DNA of 55,024 nt, from the NCBI GenBank assembly GCA_964342815.1, contig CAYFHS010000014.1, forward strand, positions 56,232 to 111,255, read 5' to 3'. Source of the DNA: an uncultured archaeon. Lineage in GTDB: Archaea; Thermoplasmatota; Penumbrarchaeia; JASLWR01. Positions 48,900 to 55,024 of the stretch are shown piece after piece (within the stretch, counting starts at the first letter, position 1; every line of letters begins with the position of its first letter). Under the pieces are notes generated by a model. It did not search any database. It saw nothing but the letters and a program-made list of their open reading frames with translations, and was not told the origin of the DNA. The translations under genes were made by a program, and so were the position numbers.

Positions 48900-48932
48900 A
48901 TGGTAATACTATGGTAAAACACAATATATAAG
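48900..48932 (-). promoter_or_regulatory. TATA box and operator of the RelBE-like cassette
   Basis: Minus-strand CTTATATA at 48925-48932; ATGGTAA repeated 11 bp apart (48900, 48911); GGTGA SD. Confidence 0.6.
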
Positions 48933-49108
48933 TGCATCGGTAAAAATCTCACTTTTAAGGCACTCTTATTCATTATTTCCCATAAGACCGCTTTAATGAT
49001 AATAATCTTCGAAATGGAAGGGAGTGATTGATCCTCAACAATCAATCGTAACGAGCTTGATGTTGATAAACTCCTATTATAAAACTCTCCGGGCGATTAT
49101 GGTATTAC

Positions 49109-49228
49109 GTATAACGTCTTGCCAATTTCCGAACTTCCGATGGGGGGAACCGGTCAATGATTACAGCATTGGCGGGGTAGGAGTTGGGCGGAGGCGTCAG
49201 CCGAGAGCCGTGAACTTGTTAGTTATGC
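49109..49228. repeat. attC-like site D
   Basis: GTATAAC...GTTATGC, 120 bp; left arm nearly identical to site B. Confidence 0.85.
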
Positions 49229-49498
49229 GAGCCCGCTAGGGCCAAGGAGGACCGAAGGTCCGACGCAGTTTTTCGTCACCGACGAAAAATCGTTTTGGGG
49301 CGGAATTTTCCAACATCCACTTGGAAAAGTTATTAAATCCCATAGGTTATACGAAGATTTGAGTTCGTATCTCTTCTCTCTTGGTCGGATTTAAGAAGTC
49401 CCAAAACGGTAATTTTTCTGTCTTTACCTATTGTAGTAAGAACCTATTCAGTTGCTCATATTATTGTACCAGAACCCAAACCATAAAATGAAACTTCT

Positions 49499-49885
49499 TT
49501 AATCACCTAAATAAATAACATTTTCTAGACCCTTGAAATGGGAATCTCCGGTTACCACTATTCCACCATATTTCTTTTGAAATGCGATAATTAACGAATC
49601 GATCATTCCAAAATGTTTACGAGTTTTTCTCATATCATGCCTAATCTTAGCAGCATCCACCCAATCTTCGATATGAATGGAGTGTATTTCGGAATTAGCT
49701 CGAACAATAGTATATGACTCTTCGAAATCGGATCCCTGCCGCAAGCAATACCCTTTTAATTCTGCGATATTACATTCAAGTGTTATTATCGTATCATCTT
49801 GTTCTTCGACGATCCTATTAACGATCTCACCTTTATCAGAGCCAATGAAGTACTCAATCCAGGCATATGTATCAAAAATGAACAT
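49499..49885 (-). CDS. PIN-domain toxin, VapC-like (cassette 4)
   Basis: FIFDTYAWIEY, AEL, GMIDSLIIA, VTGDSHF; GGTGA SD before ATG 49885. Confidence 0.92.
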   Translation of the reverse strand: MFIFDTYAWIEYFIGSDKGEIVNRIVEEQDDTIITLECNIAELKGYCLRQGSDFEESYTIVRANSEIHSIHIEDWVDAAKIRHDMRKTRKHFGMIDSLIIAFQKKYGGIVVTGDSHFKGLENVIYLGD

Positions 49886-49889
49886 AAAT

Positions 49890-50099
49890 TCACCACAAGT
49901 TTTCGTGCTCATCATCATCTTCTCGAATAAAAGCTGGTTTTCCCTTGAATATACCAAAACCACTGATATGTTCCTTCTTTTTGATATCGATATCTAATTT
50001 ATCATGCTCCGTTATACCCATATCTAGAGCACTCTGTCTAGGGAGGATAATTCCTAGTGAATTCCCCCACTTCTTTACCTCTACAGTTATATGTGTCAT
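49890..50099 (-). CDS. AbrB/MazE-family antitoxin, VapB-like (cassette 4)
   Basis: VEVKKWGNSLGIILP motif; upstream TTTAAATA and GGTGA. Confidence 0.9.
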   Translation of the reverse strand: MTHITVEVKKWGNSLGIILPRQSALDMGITEHDKLDIDIKKKEHISGFGIFKGKPAFIREDDDEHENLW

Positions 50100-50275
50100 C
50101 ACTTTCACCTATTATGTATATGTACTTCTTAATATTTAAAAGTTATACTCATACGTCTAACTTTTCGGCATGAATGATTCGTTTCTTAAAGGGTTCTGGT
50201 ACATATCTTTTCACAGATTTCTTGACTTTCTGCATTAGGGTTTTTACGTAAAACAATAGGCGGTGACGAAATTTC

Positions 50276-50374
50276 GCATAACGTGTAGCAGGTTCCCGAA
50301 GTTCCCCTGAGTATAACGAAGGGGAATTTGGGCGGAGGCCGATAGGCCGAGAGCCGGGAACCTGCTAGTTATAC
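50276..50374. repeat. attC-like site E
   Basis: GCATAAC-GTG-TAGCAGGTTCCCG...CGGGAACCTGCTA-GTTATAC (perfect 13-bp stem), 99 bp. Confidence 0.9.
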
Positions 50375-50705
50375 GAGCCCGTTAGGGCCAAGGATTTTAC
50401 GGAATAGAATGGAGTAAAATCTGCCGTTTATCAGAATCGTCCGTAGGGATGAAAATTTATTGTGATTGTGCTTTCGCACATGAAACACTTCCCCCGGAAA
50501 TTTCAATTTACGTCTTAGCGCGCTAGCTAGACAAGCGCAATCTTAAGAGCAAAGTCACATTTCTTTACGCAGAAGGGCAGATTGATATTTCTCTACAGCC
50601 TCAATTTATACTTTCGATATATATTATCCATAGTAATGCTACCGACTCATATATATTGTTCCCGCACCGAGTGAAAACACTGTCGGAGTATAATGATGCC
50701 GGACC

Positions 50706-51860
50706 TCACTTTGAACTTTCGACCTTTCTTTTAAGTAGGAGGGATATCCCAACTGCTCCGATAAATAATATCAACTGGAACCCTGGGGTCTTACTTGTCT
50801 CCTCACTGAAATAGATTCTCTCAATATCGCTTGATCCTTGGTTTCCTACCGCTTGTATTAGAATACTTTCTACTTGTATCGTCGTGTTGGTATCCGATTT
50901 CGGGGCATAAATGGTAATATAGAATTTAACAGTTCCACCTTTCTCAATATGCCTAATTCGGGGTGTTATATTAATCTCCAGGTTCGAATCTTCAAGGATT
51001 ACGATATGAACGTTAGTTACGGACACATATTGACATGTTACCTCGATCGGGATTGTCCTACTCTCTCCCGGTTTTATTGCTCCCACATTTTCTACTTCGG
51101 GGGATATTACCAGAATATGAGCATTTTTTCCCTCTCCTTTTTGCCATCGATCAGGATCATAAGGATAATAATCATCCTCATTTGGAACCCCATCTCCATC
51201 TATATCCGGGTCAGTTAAATCAGGAATTCCGTCTTTATCACGGTCAGTGGTCGGAAAGGAGGTCCTATCAAGAGGGTCTGTGGATTCTATATATTCATCC
51301 AAATTTGTATAACCATCTCCATCACTATCAGCTTTTGCGTCACTTGAATCCTCTGGATCTAGACCATACTTGAGTTCCCAATCATCAGGCATACCATCCC
51401 CATCGGAATCCATGTCAATATTTGATTTTATTGATCCCATCGGTGCAAAAACAGTTAAATGTGATAAATTTCCCCATACATAGTTCTTTTGAATGTCCAC
51501 CCCCGTGTTTGTTAATTCACTCCATTTCGAGCCAGCCCAATAAAATAATCTCATACTGGATTCATCCATCCCGCTAGGAATATCACTATCGGAGTAAGGT
51601 ATCTGGATATAAATCCATTTGAAACCATCTGCTATGATTTCAACAAATATGCCAATATTTCTCATGTCTGCTGGATCATCACCTGGACTCGGACATTCAT
51701 TAATACTAACATTACTAGGTTCCAAGGTGCACACTTTAACAGAAATTCCAGTATCAGGATCCGTAAATGTTTCGATAGTATTTTCTCCAATAACATCTGT
51801 AGATGGAAAAATAAATGTCAGTAACGTTATCAAAATTATCGTACATGTCTTCCAATTCAT
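50706..51860 (-). CDS. secreted Ca-binding (DxDGDG/TSP3-like) surface protein with PGF-CTERM-like sorting signal (cassette 5)
   Basis: Signal peptide; DSDGDGMPDDWELKYGLDP repeats; C-terminus TPGF + TM + KRK. Confidence 0.82.
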   Translation of the reverse strand: MNWKTCTIILITLLTFIFPSTDVIGENTIETFTDPDTGISVKVCTLEPSNVSINECPSPGDDPADMRNIGIFVEIIADGFKWIYIQIPYSDSDIPSGMDESSMRLFYWAGSKWSELTNTGVDIQKNYVWGNLSHLTVFAPMGSIKSNIDMDSDGDGMPDDWELKYGLDPEDSSDAKADSDGDGYTNLDEYIESTDPLDRTSFPTTDRDKDGIPDLTDPDIDGDGVPNEDDYYPYDPDRWQKGEGKNAHILVISPEVENVGAIKPGESRTIPIEVTCQYVSVTNVHIVILEDSNLEINITPRIRHIEKGGTVKFYITIYAPKSDTNTTIQVESILIQAVGNQGSSDIERIYFSEETSKTPGFQLILFIGAVGISLLLKRKVESSK

Positions 51861-52200
51861 ATTATCACCCCGAGAGATGGCATTCCAGTATATAATAGAA
51901 TTTTGGTACAACTATACAAATGTAGATTTCCCGTTGAAACATGGTCTTACTCGTAACGGTTTCTTCATGGAAAGCAGTCTCCCCAGGAGACCTAAATAGT
52001 AATATTCAAAATAATCAAGGTTTTAGAGAGTATTTTGATTTTGATAACTGCCCTCCTGCGTACCTCTTCATATACCAAGCCTTTTAGCGTATAACCCCAG
52101 AATCTAGTGACTTTGCTCTAATCTCACCCAAATTCTTCGTTAATTGAGGGGAAGATACTCCAAATTTTCAACATTCCCCTACGGGCGATTTTGATATTTC

Positions 52201-52322
52201 GTATAACGACTGGCGGGTTCACGAACTCCGTCGGGGGGAACCTTCCAATGATTTCAGGGTTGGTGGGGTAGGAGTTGCAGTGGAGGCCGACAGGCCGAGA
52301 ACCGTGAACCCGTTAGTTAGGC
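52201..52322. repeat. attC-like site F
   Basis: GTATAAC-GAC-TGGCGGGTTCACG...CGTGAACCCGTTA-GTTAGGC, 122 bp. Confidence 0.9.
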
Positions 52323-52850
52323 GAGTCCGCTAGGACCGAGGAGCACCGCAGGTGCGACGAAGGGCTGCGGACTCGTCCAGAATTTAGTTTACCTGCCCGT
52401 AGTTTCCCTGATGGCGAAGTCATGGGGAAATTTGCGAAACTGATGTGCAGTTTCCGTGAATCGTTAGGTTATGCGAAGTGAAGAATAATCCGCTAATTAT
52501 TCGTAACTTTATCTTCTTTTTCTCCCTTTCCGATTCACGAAGGGCTAAACGTATAAATTCTGGATGATAATGCTGTTTCGGGATGAAAGGCACATTGAAC
52601 TTCAGATCACAATGATGCCGTCAAAAATGGCCGTTGGTTGGTTCAATCGCCCGAAGGGTGATTTACGAGGCATGAAGTGCCGAAGTCAGCAGGCACGAAG
52701 TAACTGCTATCCCAACCCCTGCCATTGATTCATCCGATACTGCATTGTCACCTGAAGGAGATTGTTGAATATTCCGCCGTAAACATGTGGTCAAATCATT
52801 GGATTGACCATTATACTGATTTCCAGGAGGCTTATTTTTCATTTATGAAT

Positions 52851-53204
52851 CTACCTTTTCTTGTACCCAAATTTTTTATTGTAATCTTTGTGATCAATTA
52901 TATCCAATACAAAGGCGATTATTTCAATAACGGTTTCCCCATCAGTTAATGTATACAACATTCTCCAGTAATTCGATAAACTCACTCGAAATAGATTCGT
53001 TACCCCATATTTCTCCATATATTCTTGAGGAATTAGCTTTTTTGAAAGAGGGTCACCATAATGAGGATTTGCCTTTATCAATTCTACTTTCTTGTTTATC
53101 GAATTCAATATTGATTTCTCAATTTTAGATTCTGATGAGTGCTTATTTAGGTATTTGTAGACCTCCTCAGCGTCTTCAGATAATATTACCCGCACCATTT
53201 TCAT
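52851..53204 (-). CDS. RelE-like toxin (cassette 6)
   Basis: VRVILSEDA, L..NPHYG, LFRVSLSNYWRMLYT, DHKDYNKKFGY; overlaps the upstream gene stop. Confidence 0.72.
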   Translation of the reverse strand: MKMVRVILSEDAEEVYKYLNKHSSESKIEKSILNSINKKVELIKANPHYGDPLSKKLIPQEYMEKYGVTNLFRVSLSNYWRMLYTLTDGETVIEIIAFVLDIIDHKDYNKKFGYKKR

Positions 53205-53491
53205 AGTTCAAGCCCCATTGCAATTGCTTTTCTAATGTTTGGATTTGAATTAAATATCCAAGTAATACCATCTACTGTTACCACTATTTTATTACTCTGT
53301 TCAAGATATCGCAATATTGTTTTCAATTTATTATGATTTACCTTTTTAGGAAGGCGCCTTTTCAATTCTGCAATTGTGATCACACTCTCCTCAATATTTC
53401 TAAGGACATCTTCTACCATTATCACTGTGTTCAATGTTGGAGAATGCTCAAGTCTATGTTCATATACATTATTCGCCATTATTGCTTCCAT
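53201..53491 (-). CDS. winged-helix putative antitoxin (cassette 6)
   Basis: SPTLNTVIMVE, ELKRRLPKKVNHNKLKTILRYLEQSNKI; GGTGA SD; 4-bp overlap with the toxin. Confidence 0.72.
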   Translation of the reverse strand: MEAIMANNVYEHRLEHSPTLNTVIMVEDVLRNIEESVITIAELKRRLPKKVNHNKLKTILRYLEQSNKIVVTVDGITWIFNSNPNIRKAIAMGLEL

Positions 53492-53850
53492 CTTATCACC
53501 ATCTGATACAGAATAGTATCAATAATGTACACATCAGTATTAATACATTTCTATTGAATTGTCATTAGATTAAGTATTAGCCCTCCTGGAAATCTTCTAC
53601 AATTACTGTTCGTATCCAAAACCTTGTACTCTCCTGTTTTCGGTGAATGTAGCGTTTAACGGGTACGTTAGACGACATAGGCAATCCAATGATTTAGGAA
53701 AATTATATGTGCAAATAGTTCCACTATTAGGAAGTTGGGCAGGCGGGGATGGGGAATTGGAGGAAGCCCAACGAACAATGCACATGGTGGGGCGGTTTTA
53801 CGGCATAAAAGGAATATTTCGACAATCTTCAAAGGCGAGTACGCAATTTC

Positions 53851-53975
53851 GCATAACGTCTCGCCGGTTTCCGAACTTCCGACGGGGGGATCAACACCTT
53901 TAACATCTCCATTGGTGGGTAAGGAAGTTGCAGCGGAGGCCGACAGGCCGAGAGCCTGAAACCGGCCAGTTATAC
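53851..53975. repeat. attC-like site G
   Basis: GCATAAC-GTCTC-GCCGGTTTC...GAAACCGGC-CA-GTTATAC, 125 bp. Confidence 0.9.
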
Positions 53976-54285
53976 GAGGGCGCTAGCCCCGAGTACCGAA
54001 GGAGGCGAAGTCTCCGAGGAACGCAAGTTTATCAGAATCGCCGAAAAATGCTTTTGGGACGTAGCTTTCCGTTGGCGAATGCAGCAGGAAAATTTCGGAA
54101 ACCGTGCTTTATGCGGAACGAAGTTTCACCCCCTCCTTTTTCATCTTGGTCCGGTTTCCGAAGTACCGAAGGGGTAATTTTTCGGTCTTGCCCTATGGTA
54201 GCCGAAAGTTACTTTATGAACCACAAAGTACAAAGAGACCAGAAGATGAATATCCATACCGATGTATGGAATTCCCAAATACCAA

Positions 54286-54966
54286 TTACTTCTTTGGCGG
54301 AAAAAGAGCATTTTTTATCTTGGCCTTGCCCTCCTCGTAATGAAATCTTTTTTCTATTAACCAATCATTATTTCTCTCAATTGAAATGTTATCATATTCT
54401 TTCTTTTTTTCTAAAATATAATTATTGATTTTTTCCAATTCGTCTTTTGATCCTAATGCCGCTTCATCAATGGTTATATCTTCATCGTTTGCCATGACGG
54501 TTAAAGAGTAAGTATAACCCATTCGCGTATGTCCCGATGAGACAATTTCCTTAACATAGGCCGCATGTGAGATTTCAGACCAAAGCGCATCAAACTTCTT
54601 TTTCTTTCCAACCCAATACTGAAATCTTGTGTTATCTAACATTACCTTTCGGATTCTCAGTGTGAAAGGCATGAGAATTGCTCCTATAATAAAAAGAGCG
54701 ATCCCAATTAAAATCCACCATAATTGATAACCCAACCGCCCTTCTATTCCGACAAACAATGCCATAAGTCCAAAAAGGCATAGAGAGGACGCCCCAACTA
54801 CATATGCCCATGGTCTTTTAGATATGATAAGTGGTTTGGATACAATGCAAATTCCTCCTAACTTTTTACTGAATATTGCCATATTAATTATGGATTTTAT
54901 CTCTAACCTATAACATTTATTAAAATCTTCTGGCCTCGCTTTCATACAATCTCTTCGTTTATTCAA
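54286..54966 (-). CDS. 2-TM membrane protein with C-terminal PH-like soluble region (cassette 7)
   Basis: Two hydrophobic helices then a beta-rich segment; fills the cassette; start uncertain. Confidence 0.65.
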   Translation of the reverse strand: MNKRRDCMKARPEDFNKCYRLEIKSIINMAIFSKKLGGICIVSKPLIISKRPWAYVVGASSLCLFGLMALFVGIEGRLGYQLWWILIGIALFIIGAILMPFTLRIRKVMLDNTRFQYWVGKKKKFDALWSEISHAAYVKEIVSSGHTRMGYTYSLTVMANDEDITIDEAALGSKDELEKINNYILEKKKEYDNISIERNNDWLIEKRFHYEEGKAKIKNALFPPKK

Positions 54967-54999
54967 ATGAATAAATATAACTTTCGGCGTTAACCATTG

Positions 55000-55024
55000 G
55001 GCGATTCTGATATTTCGTATAACG
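55000..55024. repeat. left end of attC-like site H (truncated by the window edge)
   Basis: GGCGATTCTGATATTTC-GTATAAC-G, same leader as sites C and F. Confidence 0.85.

Larger units (their letters stand above)
44258..55024 (-). mobile_element. integron-like gene cassette array (attC-like sites; no integrase in the window; open at the right edge)
   Basis: 8 related palindromic sites bounded by RYMTAAC...GTTAKRC separating 1-2-gene units of 1.05-2.14 kb; ends complementary across cassettes. Confidence 0.85.

Noticed and set aside
53654-53673. GTTTAAC-GGGTAC-GTTAGAC as a collapsed attC
   Set aside because: Fits RYYYAAC/GTTRRRY but has only 6 nt between boxes and does not pair perfectly with neighbouring site ends; too short to support.
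45518-54428. Plus-strand ORFs spanning the repeats (45518, 47922, 47975, 49024, 53643, 53735, 53928)
   Set aside because: They read through palindromic repeat DNA; their mutual similarity comes from the repeat itself.
44258-55024. CRISPR array interpretation of the dispersed repeats
   Set aside because: Repeats are 99-125 bp and divergent, the spacers are kb-sized genes, and no cas genes are present.

Overview
Archaeal chromosomal window (tfb, radA, gar1, pus10, Trm11-type methyltransferase, intron-containing tRNA-Tyr, GGTGA-type SD sites). V4R-DUF835, lobe-repeat coiled-coil and large CARDB/Ig surface proteins suggest an uncultured Thermoplasmatota lineage (inference). Positions 1-44.2 kb are mostly core genes plus several large membrane-anchored surface proteins, a Rab-like GTPase, and a glgM-mak-glgA carbohydrate cluster. 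Two signals stand out. (1) From 44258 to the window end there is an integron-like gene-cassette array: 7 complete and 1 truncated attC-like palindromic sites separate 7 cassettes (three TA pairs plus a TA-like nucleotidyltransferase pair, an inverted ATPase-nuclease, a PGF-CTERM surface protein, a membrane protein). The 9-bp site ends are complementary across each cassette in 6 of 7 cases and never within one site, the footprint of site-specific excision and insertion. The sites have non-canonical geometry and unusually long conserved trailers, and no integrase is in the window. (2) Several intergenic regions packed with short hairpins (7.8-8.0 kb, 20.4-20.9 kb, 31.05-31.29 kb). The first two share homologous modules with compensatory base changes, suggesting an unrecognised structured RNA/ssDNA family. 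All assignments were made by eye from motifs; no database searches were run.
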